A stretch of DNA of 64,000 nt from Mobula hypostoma (Eukaryota), in assembly GCF_963921235.1 (NCBI RefSeq), contig NC_086113.1, forward strand, positions 10,602,001 to 10,666,000. The letters are read 5' to 3'. The position numbers and the translations under genes are program-made. The notes beneath the pieces were generated by a model. The model had not been told where the DNA came from. It saw only the letters and a program-made list of their open reading frames with translations, and did not search any database. Every line of letters starts with the position of its first letter. Position 1 is the stretch's first letter. Of the stretch, positions 40,131-53,302 are shown piece after piece.

Positions 40131-41402
40131 CTATATGTTTGCCTGGGAGGGGCACTTATTACTGTTGCATTAATTTCTATAACAATACACAAATATTAAC
40201 ATTAATTTGTGCATAATCATCCTGCATACTAAATTGGGGGAGAGAAGGTCACCAATCGAAGGCCACATTTCCATACTGATATTTAAAAAAAATATATGGC
40301 AGTTTGGCTTTCTCTCTGTCCTCATTTTTTAAGTTGCCTCTGAACGGGACGGGGTGACAGAGTCTGAAGGAAGCTTCCGCTTCCCGCTTTGTTTTAAACT
40401 CGATCGGGTTGTAGTTAAGACGCTTGTAAATTTTGTTTAACGGCAACGCACTCTATTTTTTAAGACGAAATGATGAGGTCGATTTTATAGGTATGGTAAA
40501 CGATGTATACTCTGGCCCAGCCGGTCGAAGGGCAGATGAATGAAGTATTTCGCAACAACTGATTCTGGATATTGTGATTTGGGATAAAATACCACGAATT
40601 GTCATAATTCAGTCACACCAAATATCCATGCTGTAGAAATAGATGGATAAGAATAAATGCTTGTTTTATTAGGGTGTTTCTTCGACCTTCCGCACTTAAC
40701 CCACAGCGCTGCAGAATGTTACATTAACCCACTAAGCTCTAAGCTACGCAGGCCAGACGTAGAGCCACGGATTTTATTTCAGAAGTGATTCTTCAAGGAA
40801 TAGCAATGGAAGAAACAATCAGTGAAGAGACACCGTGGATCTGAATTACAGTGACCACTATGAAACTCTTGCAGCTGGCGGCTGGGTAATTACAATCAGA
40901 TCGGTGAAAGTCAAGATTACTTGTGTTTACGCGCGAGTATCCTCATGTGAAACCTCTACGCCCGATTAAAACTGTAGAATATAGAATTAAAACTTTGTTC
41001 TTTTTGCCAACTGCATTGGCTAATAATTAAAAGTATGTAAATAACTGCGGCTTGTAATTGTTATGTGGCTTCTCGTTAAATTGAAACTTGTAATATTGAA
41101 TTAGCATTTTGCGCCTTTTAAAATTTTTACTTGAAGGCCATAATTGTAATACAGTAGAACTGAATAAATAAAGATGCATTTAGACGCTTTTTGCAGTTTA
41201 CCGAATACATATGGTGACCTTATTGCAGTTCTGGTGACGTAGCCCCGCCAAAGAGGAGTGGCTTCTGCCCAGTTCTGCCCTTTGATTGGCTCGTCCCGCC
41301 TGTCGTGCTGCGGAGGTATCTCTAATCATATTCAACGTGTTTGCACAAGAAATGTCAGCCTGAACTGGATATCTTCTGCTTTCGCCAAATTACCCCACAA
41401 CA

Positions 41403-42159
41403 ATGTCATGCTCAGACAGCCCGGCTGCAAACTCCTTTTTAGTAGATTCTCTGATCAGCGTGGGTCGTGGCGGAGAAGGAACCTATTATCCCAACAACAG
41501 CGTATACCTGCCGCCTGGTTCTGATCTATCATACGGCATCCAGAACTGTGGACTTTTCCCATCTCTGAGCAAACGCAGTGAGAACAACTCTCAGAGTATG
41601 GTCCTGACTTCTCATCCCTACATGAGCGGGATGGAAGTCTGGTCAGATCCTCCTAGATCTTGTCGCATGGATCAACCTGCAACCCAGCAAGCAGCATGTT
41701 CCTTCCCCCAGAATATCAAAGAAGAAAATGCCTATTGCTTATATGATTCTGAGAAATGTCCAAAAAGCGCGGCATCAACAGATCTTTCCACGTTTCCAAG
41801 GCTCACGTCAGAGTCGTGCTCCACTAGTGACACTACTACTAACGGCGGGGTTCCTGTGCCCGGCTATTTCCGTCTGTCCCAAGCCTACCCGGCATCCAAA
41901 CAGACACTCTATAACAACACTGGGCAGGTTGGGGCCTCTCCGTTCGTGCCTCAGTCCCAGATCCGCTTTGGAACACCCCCTTCTTCAGCTTCGACCCCGA
42001 GTGAGTTGGGGAGGAAAGGAAGCGAAGGGACATCCCCCGGCCATTTAACTTGCGGTTCCGAAAGGGAAGAGGCAGAAGCTCCTGCTTCCTCAGCAAACGA
42101 GGAGTCTTCTCCAGTCCCCTCAGAGAGCAGCAAAAACTCTCCTGAAAAAGAAACAAAAG
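41403..42159 (+). CDS. hoxa10: Homeobox protein Hox-A10, exon 1
   Basis: MSCSDSPAANSFLVDSLIS, QNIKEE..YCLYD and VPVPGYFRLSQAY motifs. Phase-1 donor AAAG|gtaggt. Confidence 0.97.
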
Positions 42160-43623
42160 GTAGGTACATGAGAGACAGTGGATGGTTTACAGAGCTAGCA
42201 ATCTGAAATGGGTAGACGTGGCAGGTACAGCCAACAAGCCTAACAAAGGGGGGGTTCGCTCTGACCCTGTGAACTTTTTATTTTTGGGCGTGAGCTATGC
42301 TGTAAAAATTAATGCCTAGTATAGTTTATAGTGTGAGCCCACGCTCCGGAATCAATTGCACTCACATTCTAAACTTGTCAGATAAGTTACAAAACCACGA
42401 ATCCCGTCTACAGTTATTTAAGTGTACCGCATATTTGAACGCAGAGTCCAAAGTAAATAAAAGACAGCCAATAAATAATACTCAAAGGAAACCAGGGACG
42501 TTTTATGATCTAGTGCGTCTTTCGAGAAAACAGGGTTAAAATAAGAAAATAGGAAAAGTTTTCAAAATAATAAAAGATAATGCTGTCATATTTTGCTTTA
42601 AGATATTTGATGTTATTAAACCAGTGTAGAATTACTGCTCATGGGATTTTGTTAAAAATATCAGAATCAATGAGAAAAGACAGTTTTAGAGGTTACCTAG
42701 TTTATTTCCTACTGTACGTAAAATTCATCCACTTAGCTATATGGGAACACCACAATACAAAGTTGAAATGCCCACCGATCATTTTAATTGTAGCTCTAAC
42801 GAACTTCATAAGAAAACGTTCGAATAAGTTAGTTCAAGTGAAAAAAGTAAAGAAGTGGAAAGGCAAGAATCTTAAAGCTTTCAAGTAAAGAGTTCCACAT
42901 TTCGATCTGGTATATTTGGAGTTGTTCGCTTAAGTGAAGAATCCCACTTAATCTCCTTGGATTATTGGCATGGATGAAGATAGGTTTTATTTCATGTGAA
43001 ACATGGCAAGAAATAGGACCAAACACTTAAAAGTTTGAAATGATAGCAGAAGTGCTAAGCAAAATATTGTATTGTATGATCATTACACGAGTATATTTAA
43101 ATTGAATAACCAACTGCGTTGGTATTAATCTAGCACTTTGATAGGGGAAATGAGTTGCACTCTTACAGAATGGAATGAAATGAATCTGACAGTGTCACTC
43201 TGAGTACATAGGATTTCTGACAATTATTTAAATTATGTCCAATTCTATTAAAGTACAATTTTCAAACTAATTTATCCTAAAAGACTCCACGTTCTCTGTA
43301 ATATCACATAAACACCCAGACTGGCTTAGATCACGGAATAATTCAAAATGTATTATTTTTCCGTACCATGGAAACATGCAGTAAAGGTATTGACAGGTGC
43401 TGGGGAAAAAATGGACCATGTTTCTATAAGATTAAAAGTGAAAAATTCAAATAATTAGAAGATGCAGTATTTTGAATATTTCATGTTGCAACTAAAGATG
43501 GTGTACCTCATTTTTGGGCACAATGGCATAGAGAACATAGGTAAAAGTATCCATTATTGAACAAGTAGTTTCCCATCGAAAATTATTTGACGAAACATTT
43601 TGTTCTTTCTCTGATCATCTGCT

Positions 43624-43672
43624 TTCTCTCTCTCTCTCTCTCTGTCTTTCTATCTCTCTATTATCTATTTCT

Positions 43673-43706
<34 letters not shown>

Positions 43707-43708
43707 CT
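43624..43708. repeat. (TC)n/(TATC)n microsatellite just upstream of the HoxA10 acceptor
   Basis: Directly visible. Confidence 0.9.
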
Positions 43709-43750
43709 GTTTCGTTCCTTTTGCTTGCTGCCATTTCTTTTACTCAACAG

Positions 43751-44025
43751 GGGAAGTGAAAGCTGAAAATGGGGCTAACTGGCTGACTGCAAAGAGTGGC
43801 AGGAAAAAACGATGCCCTTACACCAAACATCAGACCCTGGAGCTGGAGAAAGAGTTTCTTTTCAACATGTACCTGACTCGAGAGCGTCGCCTAGAGATTA
43901 GCCGCAGTGTCCACCTGACTGACAGACAGGTCAAAATCTGGTTTCAAAATCGCAGAATGAAACTCAAGAAAATGAACCGTGAGAACAGGATCCGAGAGCT
44001 CACAGCAAACTTCAGCTTTTCATGA
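43751..44025 (+). CDS. hoxa10: Homeobox protein Hox-A10, exon 2 (homeodomain); spliced protein 343 aa
   Basis: Acceptor tttactcaacag. Encodes [52 protein letters not shown]...[12 protein letters not shown]. Confidence 0.98.
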
Positions 44026-45861
44026 TAAACACAGACACTGGTTTGAATATTTTAGCCGGAGACACCGGGAAGTTATGCTAGTGTTAATAAAAGACTGAAA
44101 CCTTTTCCACTTACCTCTGACGCCTCAGCCTTGTGCTGATTGTAGATAAATACGATTTATGTGTTTTGTTTTTATTTGTGGAGCTAGTCTGTCTCTGTAT
44201 CTATAATAATAAGTGTGGCCATCGATGAGTAAGGCATGCACAGAAGTTATCGTCCGATATGACGATTTTCCAAACAACTGAGGAGGAATAGGGTTGGGGG
44301 GGGGTGGGGAAGAAGGATGATGAACATGTCAACAATCATTTAATTGTGCTAGTTACCAATTATGAGCTAAGTAAATCGAACATTGTAATATTTAAATACA
44401 TTTATGCTGTTAAAATAGTTCCAGGATAATGTTACTACCATATACCGATATGTCGATAAAAGTTAAATGTGAATATGCTGTAAAAGTGTGTTGTTACATA
44501 AATATATCACATGCCATGAACGGGAGCACCATTGCACATTTAAATGTGAAACATTGTTGCAAACATAATGAAGTAGAATGTGGGACCCTTTATTCCGTGC
44601 CGCCGATTCCCTTTTAAAAAGAAAATAAAATCAACTAGAATTGATTCATTTTTGATTTTGAAAAAAAAAGAGAAATATTCTTACTGGAAAACTCAGAAAT
44701 TGCTTGATCCAATTGCCGCTGCACTGTGTACGTTAACAAAATCTTGTGTTCCCTGGAAGATGAATAAAACGTATTTCGTCGGAGTCCTTTGAGATAGGTA
44801 TATGCACATTGTTTTTTTAAAGTTCATTTTGTGTTCGGTGTTTTTTCCTTACCTTTATCTGTTGAGAAGGTTTACTACAGGAATGGTGGGTTTAAGACTG
44901 GCAATTACCGTTGCAATCTATTTAAATATTACCTAGACGGTCGTAATTTGTCTGGGCTATATAGCAATGGTGCTGTAACGTTTGTCGGCTTTTGTTGAGT
45001 TTTATGACTTGCTAGTATATCTGGGTTGTTGCTGTCTTGGACGAGTGGTTTCAGTTGAGCGAACAGCCACGAAGACAGAGGAAGCAACGCACCGCTCGGA
45101 TGTAGGAAATTGGTTTTCTTCGAACAAAATGCACTCCAGATCTTTAAATCTGCAAAATTCAGAAGAGTTTGAAGAATCGAAATACTCTAGCAGATCAAAC
45201 ATCTGGAAGTATTCAGGATGAAGGTGAGATCTGTATGAAGAGCGAAGTCCATTATCGTATATTTAAACCAATAGGTAAGGGATCATGTATAACAAACACG
45301 TGTTTTTGGTATATTTTAAATGTAATCTGTGGTTTTAGCAAAGGAAAGTTAATGCTACTGTATGGGTTATTTTCTTTTTGGGTGGGGGATATGGAAGAAG
45401 AAGAAAAAGAAAATATATATTTATTGTCTGTGCCATCTGACTAGCTCTTCGGGCAAACCTTGAACTCGTTATTATTGCAGTGCACGCAAGTTACAATAGC
45501 TTATCATTACTAGAATGAATGACATGTATAGAGATCGCGTGAAATCCTGCACAAGGATAATAAAGAACCCCGCCATATTTAGTGGGGTCTAACAAGTATT
45601 CTCGTGCTGAATTTGCAATTCAATTTATTCATTTGAATTGGAATCCGGCATCAAAACCCCGAAAACCCCTCGATTATTTGGGAATAATTTTAGGGACAAA
45701 CAGCCTTGCATGTTGGAGCGTCTTTCGATTCTGGTAAATGTATGCAAGATTTTGACGGGAAGCGCAATGATTGTGACCTTTATCTGAGTAAGCTTGTTGA
45801 ATGTGCATTCAGATTGCCCCCTACTTATGTACAGTGATAGGAATCTAAAGATCTGAGATAG

Positions 45862-45944
45862 AACTGACCTGTGATTTAGGTAGTTTCATGTTGTTGGGGT
45901 AAAGTCTAACTCTACAACACGAAACTGCCTGAATTACTGCAGTT
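45862..45944 (+). ncRNA. mir196: miR-196 precursor at the miR-196b syntenic locus; mature 5p 45877-45898
   Basis: The mature sequence taggtagtttcatgttgttggg pairs with the 3' arm ctacaacacgaaactgcctga. It lies between HoxA10 and HoxA9. Confidence 0.97.
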
Positions 45945-48900
45945 ATCGTCTTCGCCAGTGAGTTCTTGAGCTGGTTTGGAAAGAAACATCAGATACTTTA
46001 AAAAAAAGCAAGAAAAAAATTAAAAGCTTTTGGTTTGATACGGCCAGCGGTAAAGTTCTGTAACAGGAATAAAAACGTGTAGCAAAACGATATAGTAGAT
46101 AGCTATTCTATAACTTTCCACCCCCGCCCATTCCGAAATTAATGCAATGGTATTTTTTTTCAAAGAGCACAAGAGATTCTTCTTTATTTTATAAACTGAA
46201 GCTGGATTGTGCTTTCCGAACGATGTGGAATTTCCTGAATATAACATTCTACATTCGATCTGTTTGTTTTTCCTAAGAAGGATCAAGTTCATGTTTAAAT
46301 TAAATATGATACATTTCGATTTCCCTTCAATATGTGTGCGTTGTCGAAACATTATTTGAAAGCACCGATGATAGTCCGCGGTACCCTGCTGCAGATCGCC
46401 GCAGTTTCATACGTACGGCGGCGTAATCGATGCATTTCAGATTTCCATTTTGTTAGTGATAAATATTCCAAGTTACATTAGCATAGCTAAAAAAAGTCTC
46501 ATATATGCTTGATACATTCTGTGCATGGCTCATATTGTAATTCGCGGTGAAAATTTGAAATAGAAAAAAGGTCCTTGCAACATGATTTAAGATACGCATT
46601 TTATGCATATGTATTCTACCATGTGCAAGACAAAGAAATTACTTGAAAGGCACAAGGCCTCGGTTATGATCATTACATGGCGCCTAGGCGCGTAATTTTG
46701 GTTTGTTCTTGGAAACAGCGACCTCGGCGGAGCGTAGTGGAAGCGCTGCTCAGTCGGAGGCTCAGGCTCTGCTGAAACTAGACTAAACACAGAAAGCAGA
46801 CTTGTTCCATTATATTGGGTTGTTTAGACCAGACAAACAGAAGCTTTAATCTAAGCAAAGCAAGTAAATAAGCACACTGGTGCTTTATTTTGTTGGTTAA
46901 GTTAAATGAACATCCTTTGGAATTAAACTATTTAAAATGGATGTTTCAATGTCATTATGCAAAGCAAGGATCATTATAACCACATAGTTTCTTGTCCTGC
47001 TTTATGAATGCAAAATTAAATTCATTGTTCATCTAATGTATATTCAGTAATTGTTCTGAAGTTAAACGAGCAGAATAAATTAATGGAGAAAATGCAGAAC
47101 TTGCATATTGTAAAAAGAAAATATCCTTACATACAATTTTCCATATGTTCCTGTAAACGATTGGAAATTAGCTTTGCGAGGAAACTATTTCCGTTTAATT
47201 CATATATGGGTAAAGGCTCATCTGCAATATTAAATTATGTCATCCAGCATGTTGTCGAAGGAGAATTTACGTAAAGCAGAAATATCTATCTTGATTATTT
47301 TCTCAGTTCAATATAAAAGAAGATCTTCCGAAAAAAAAAATAAGTGCGTTGGTTCTCCACAGCAGGTTCGTATTCTCCTGATGCCGCTGTGCCACCTTAA
47401 GCTATCGACGGCATGGTTTATTGACCCGCGAAGGAAGTCAAGTTTGTACTGGTCATCCCTTCTGGTAACTGGCGGACCCTACTTAAAATGCTGTAAACGC
47501 TGCCCTTTGACTAAATGCATTTCCTCTCATTTAACTCGATTCTATAGACGAATACATTACCAAGAAGTTGGAGATATTTCTTAAATCATTACGCATCCGA
47601 ATAAATATCGAATTGTGCTTTATATCATCCATATTTTAATGCTATTTTTCCCAATTTAATGTCCTTTAACTACGACTTATTTGACAAATCTGATAGTACA
47701 AATTATATTATTTTAAAATATCATTCTGGTTACATTTTGTATTATAATACGTTTGCGTTGTTCGCAGTCATCTCCGAGGTTCATACGATTTATAATCTTA
47801 TAAAAAAGGAAACCGCGACAGCTTTGTTGTCGCTTTCATTAATGTTAAATTAAAAGCTCGCTTTCCTTTTTGTTAAAGACCAGTGCATGCAGTCCTCTAC
47901 AGTTTTACATTGAGTATTTAATTTCGGATTGCTGCGAATGAACTAAAATGCGATTCAATTATTCGTAAACTTACCACACTCCAATCTTTGTTTGTTTTTT
48001 TTTCTCAGACAATCATCAGACATGACTTGTTTGCAACTGAACGTGAGCGTTTAGCTCCAAAGCGTTCAGACCAATTTTGATTCCCATGTAGATATCGCCA
48101 GCATGCAAATCATATAGTTTATACACCGTTGAGTCTTGGTCAAATTATTTTGCTTACAGCAAATTAGACACGAAAACGATGAAAGATGTTTATCGTCCTC
48201 ACGTACTGTGAGTGTACAAATTGGGCCTTGCAATTTTACACAGATGTTATCTGAACGGAAACATAGGCGTCAGCATTTTTTAAATGATAAGGCTGTAAAG
48301 TCCCTCTAAAAAGTCAAAATTTCCAGGCTATGTCAACCTTAAAAATTTTATCAGTCAGCTTTCTCTCAGTCTTTCCAAATTAGTCTGACTACAATGTGCA
48401 TTCAATGAATATCCAATTTGTCTGGATAATTCAATAAAGCATTAAAATATTTTTTTTGCTGAGAAAACATCGGTATAATACTTTTGTCCGAACTTTCATT
48501 GATATAATATTTGCACGAATTCATAACGATATGCTATTTATTTACAATAAACGTAATTCTAAAGTAGAAGTAAACCAGACCAATTCGACACTGCACAGGA
48601 AGAGCAATTTAGCTTTATACTTAATCCATTCGCCTTGTCATAGAATGAGATACGAAATATCTGTCTACCAAATATATCTTAAACTTGAAGTGGATGCCTT
48701 GTTGCATTCCTCTACGCTGAATTATCTGCATCCTTGCCGCATTGTAACAATTTATTGGAGAACTTAAGGAATTGCATCCAAGAACGGTCATACATTTTCT
48801 GTCTTTATGCTGTTTTTAAAATGCCCTTGTTTGAGAGCTGGAGCTTGCAAACAACATGTGAGCTTCCCGTCCAGAACGCCTGAACAAAAGTCGCAACTGT

Positions 48901-51394
48901 ATATCTAAACTGAAATACAGACCATCAAAATTCGTAACTATATTTTAGGTGGGGGGTGAGGGAATGGATTAGGTTTTGGTAGGAAAAAAGTAATGATTAT
49001 ACTACTTGCAACGAATTCAACTATATCGTTTAAAATCAAGCATTACATACAAACTATAAATCTTTAGGATCACAGCTAGACGCGGCGCATTCCAACTTTT
49101 GTTTTAATGGCTAGTCGTTTTTTTAAAAATCTCATTTAAAAAACCTTAATTTTAATTAGATGAACGGCTCTGTTTAGCGAAGTACAGATTCAGGGCCCCG
49201 TGGCTTCACTTTATGTATATATAAAATCAACATTTTTATCCCAATTTCAGACAATCTGCACAGGAAACGCAAACGTCTCTTTTTTTCTCCCTTAGGCTCA
49301 GCACTGGACTTGAATGGATCTTGATTCTGCTCTCGACCTCATCACTCCACCAGTTTCAATGTAACATTGCGCTGTCTAGATACTCATGTCCGCTCGCAAA
49401 CGACCGCTGAAGCTCCCCAACACCCGCCCCCACCCCTCGCCCACAGACACTTTAGACTCAGACTTCAGCACCCCCCCCCACAGCCCCCCGTAACACCAGC
49501 ATACCACCCAGACAAAAAAAAATCTCCCTCCTGGCCCACTCTCCCTAAACGCTGAAAAGTCGAAGGAGTAAGAACAAAAATATAATTGTTCAGATTAAAA
49601 GAAATCCAGAGGAAAGATCGCTGCGTTTCAGTTATTTGCAGGTTTATACAATCATCGGATGGTTGTAAGGGCAGCCGTACTAAGGAGGGTGCATGTGTGG
49701 GAGCTATCTATTCACCACAAGCGCGATAGCACGTTGGCTTTAAGTGGCATCTGATAATTGTCTTTGTGTCTTCACTATTTCTGCGTTATCAGATATAACG
49801 CACAGTTCAAGTACTTCACATTGATTGCGGGGGAGGACTTTGTTGCTACTGTCGAGGTACACCAAGAGATTATTTCCACCTTCATTTTAAGCAGAAGAAA
49901 TATTTTTAACCGCATATAGCTGGCCAAATAGCCGCAAACAAAGATAAAAATTAAAACTGAAACATTACGGCTGAGTTGTGAATCGACAGCTTCAACAGCC
50001 AAATCTAATTACTTGGCCTGAAAGACCAAGGGTATTTTTAATTAAAACAGAACTAGGCTCAATGCCAGTCATTTAGAATAGCTGTTATTAATTCTTTCGC
50101 AGATTCTGAGATGTTTCCTCCATACAAGCACATTTAAAAAGCTGTCCCAATGAGACACTGTAAAAAAACTACCATTTTATTCTGCGAATATAGCGCAGGA
50201 AAGCCAAACAAATAAATGAATCGACGTGTGATCATTAGTTATAAAAGAAAATATTTCCTGTTAGAACGGCAATGACAAGTTATTCTACGCAAAAACGTTA
50301 TAATAATAACGGAAAAGTATTACGAAATATTTCTGAAGTAATTTCACAGATTTTTTATTAAATATATTGTATATTTATTTACTTAAACTCTGAACCAGGC
50401 CATAATACCGGCCTTCAGGAATATCCTTTATGTTAATTTTAATCTTGTTGAGTAAAATCATCCGTCGCTTTAGAGATACACATTCACACATCTTACATAT
50501 ATCGGTAGAACGTGTGTGCGTGAGAGAGATGGTTAGGCCCAATTAGGTTTTAAAGCACAGTACTTCGTTGTAATATTTAATATGCCGAGGGGAAAAGGTA
50601 ATAAATGAAGCCATTAATACTGATGCTGGCGAAATCCACAGAAATAGGCCTCGTATATTTGTTCAATGTCTAACGGTTTGTTTTCATTTGCCATTGAAAG
50701 GAATCTATCTGAATCATATAAGAGACGAGAATTCCAAATACCGTCAGTGAAGGAAGGCTTTGCAATTTTCGCCCACATAATCCTCCAGTGAATGTATGAA
50801 GGAGATTGTCCACGAATCCGAAGAGAAAGATGTGTGGACTACTGGATTTCCGAACAAATTAATATCCCCCGTGTATCTGCATCTGTCTACCAAAAATAGC
50901 ACGTTGTACGCGGAAGTTGTAATTTATTATGGTTTACTGTAGGTAAAGAGCCGTTTTGCAATGGCCATAGTTTGCTAACATGTAGTTTAATTGCTCAAAC
51001 GGTTATAAAACGGAGATTGACACAGTGGGTTTAATGTGGAACTCGTTTTTAAAAGGAGCGATGCATAAAAGATACAGGTACACACACTTCTCAGGGGTAG
51101 TCTTTAAAACTTCGTTAACAATTATCATTTGTTAAAAATGCATTTGAATTTTAGTTTTTACCAAGTATAAATAATAAATACCTGCCCGAACACACATTCT
51201 TCGTTGTTTTTATGCAGTTTATAATTTCACTCTTTCCATAATATTTTATGAGAAGGTTAACGATTATAAGGTGTTCGTTAAAAAAAACGAGCATCTGAGG
51301 GGAAGATTGATTATGATATAAAGTAGTCCCCTCAGAAAAGAAATACAACCGGATACTTTTTCACATTTCAGTTGCCAGAAACAAATCGACGGGT

Positions 51395-51660
51395 TTATAT
51401 AGAAGAAATTATATCCCTTTGCATAAAAAAACATATGAACTTGCTATATAAAATTATGACTATAAAAGATTGACCCCGCTACAAGCTGCGGATTGATTTA
51501 TCTTTTATTGTTGTTTTTTGAGTCACGTGGGTAATTTATCCAATGGCGTGGAAGTGCGCTTGCACCATATTAGCGGACTGTACTTGTCCCGGCGGTAAGT
51601 TGTTATATTGAAATCTGCTCTTTCATATTTTCAGAGGCGCTTGCTGTGTCTTTGCCGAGA
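51395..51660 (+). promoter_or_regulatory. HoxA9 conserved proximal promoter region
   Basis: Clustered cataaa/tataaa/tttat sites, tgattgattta (Pbx-Hox-like), E-box gtcacgtg (~51522) and CCAAT (~51540). Confidence 0.65.
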
Positions 51661-52201
51661 ATGTCGACATCGGGGACTATCAGCAATTATTATGTCGACT
51701 CTCTTATAATGCATGAAAACGAGGATCTGCTGTCGTCCAGATATGCCTCGGGTCCATTGGCTCAGTCTTCCAGGCAGGCACCTCTCGCTGAGCACCCCGA
51801 TTTTTCCCCATGTAACTTCCAATCTAAAGCGACCGTGTTCAGTACGTCCTGGAACCCGGTTCATGCTCAGAGTTCTGCCAACATGCCCGCCGTTTATCAC
51901 CCATACATGCACCAGGCACCTATTGCCGCTACGCCTGATGGTAGGTACATGCGCTCCTGGCTAGATCCCATGCCGGGAACCTTGTCCTTCCCCGGGTTAC
52001 CTTCCAGTAGACACTACGGTATCAAACCTGAGCCCGCAGCTGCCCGCAGGAATGACTGTACTACGTTTGAAACACACACGTTAGCCCTCTCAGATTATCC
52101 TTGTGGACCATCTCCCGGTGATAAACGTCTGGCCGAAATTTCCTTTTCTGAAAATAATGGAGAGGTTGAGCCAAACGCAGATAAGCTGCACTTGGATCCA
52201 A
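51661..52201 (+). CDS. hoxa9: Homeobox protein Hox-A9, exon 1
   Basis: MSTSGTISNYYVDSL, DGRYMRSWL and YGIKPEP motifs. Phase-1 donor CCAA|gtaagt. Confidence 0.97.
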
Positions 52202-52333
52202 GTAAGTATGGAAATCTCGCGTCTTTTTTTAAAAACTTTTCTAAGGATTATAAATTAGAGTCATTTTATATACTTGACTTTTTCATTGCGTGCAGTAATA
52301 AAAAAACATCTATCTCCTTCTAATTATGCGTTT

Positions 52334-52396
52334 TGTGTGTGTGTGTGTCTGAAAGAGAGAGAGAGTGAGTGAGTGAGTGTGTGTGTGTGAGAGAGA
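52334..52396. repeat. Compound (TG)/(GA)/(GAGT) microsatellite in the HoxA9 intron
   Basis: Directly visible. Confidence 0.9.
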
Positions 52397-53060
52397 AAGG
52401 GAATATTATGCATGAATTCAAGGTATTTGATCAAGGTTCATTTGTACGTTTTAGGGCATTTCCATGGACAGAAACCGTGTGTAAACTGAACTAGTATGCA
52501 TTTCGTTATAACAGAGGAAGGGGAAGATATTAATTGCAGACCCCGTAATTCAAGTGCAAGTAAATGAGATGGAGATAAGTTCACTGGAAAGATGAAATGC
52601 ATGCAACACACAATGCAATTAGCTAACGTTTTACCTTGATTAACAATTTGTCTAATACTGCTATTTTATCTCTTCGTTTTAAACTCTGTGCAGAGACTTT
52701 CTTCATTGAACTGAACAATGCGTGTAAAAGTATAATAATTCAAAGATTGAAGATTCAGGATTGCTTAATGTCATTTCCAATACTCAAGTGTAAAAGAGAA
52801 CGAAATAATTATTGCTCGAGATCAAATGCAGCACAAAAAACACAATATGATAAGAAAAAAATAATATTTTTAAAAAACAAGATAAATGTAAATACATAAG
52901 ATAATCAGTGTGAACATATGAATTTGCAGAAAACAGTTTCATCAACCCAGAGTTGCCCACCCCCTATTATCTGTAAAGGTGTTTTGATTCTGGGAATATT
53001 GCAATATTTGACCAACATGGGAAGGGAAATAAAGTAAATGTGTTTCCTTTACACTTTCAG

Positions 53061-53302
53061 ATAACCCTTCCGCTAACTGGCTGCATGCAAGGTCCACCAG
53101 AAAAAAACGCTGTCCTTACACTAAACATCAGACGCTGGAGCTGGAAAAGGAATTCTTGTTTAATATGTACCTCACCAGAGACCGCAGATACGAAGTGGCC
53201 AGAGTCCTCAATCTCACCGAACGGCAAGTTAAAATCTGGTTTCAGAATAGAAGAATGAAGATGAAAAAGATTAACAAGGAACGACCTAAAGATGACCGGT
53301 GA
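53061..53302 (+). CDS. hoxa9: Homeobox protein Hox-A9, exon 2 (homeodomain); spliced protein 260 aa
   Basis: Translated by hand after the acceptor actttcag: [79 protein letters not shown]. Confidence 0.98.
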
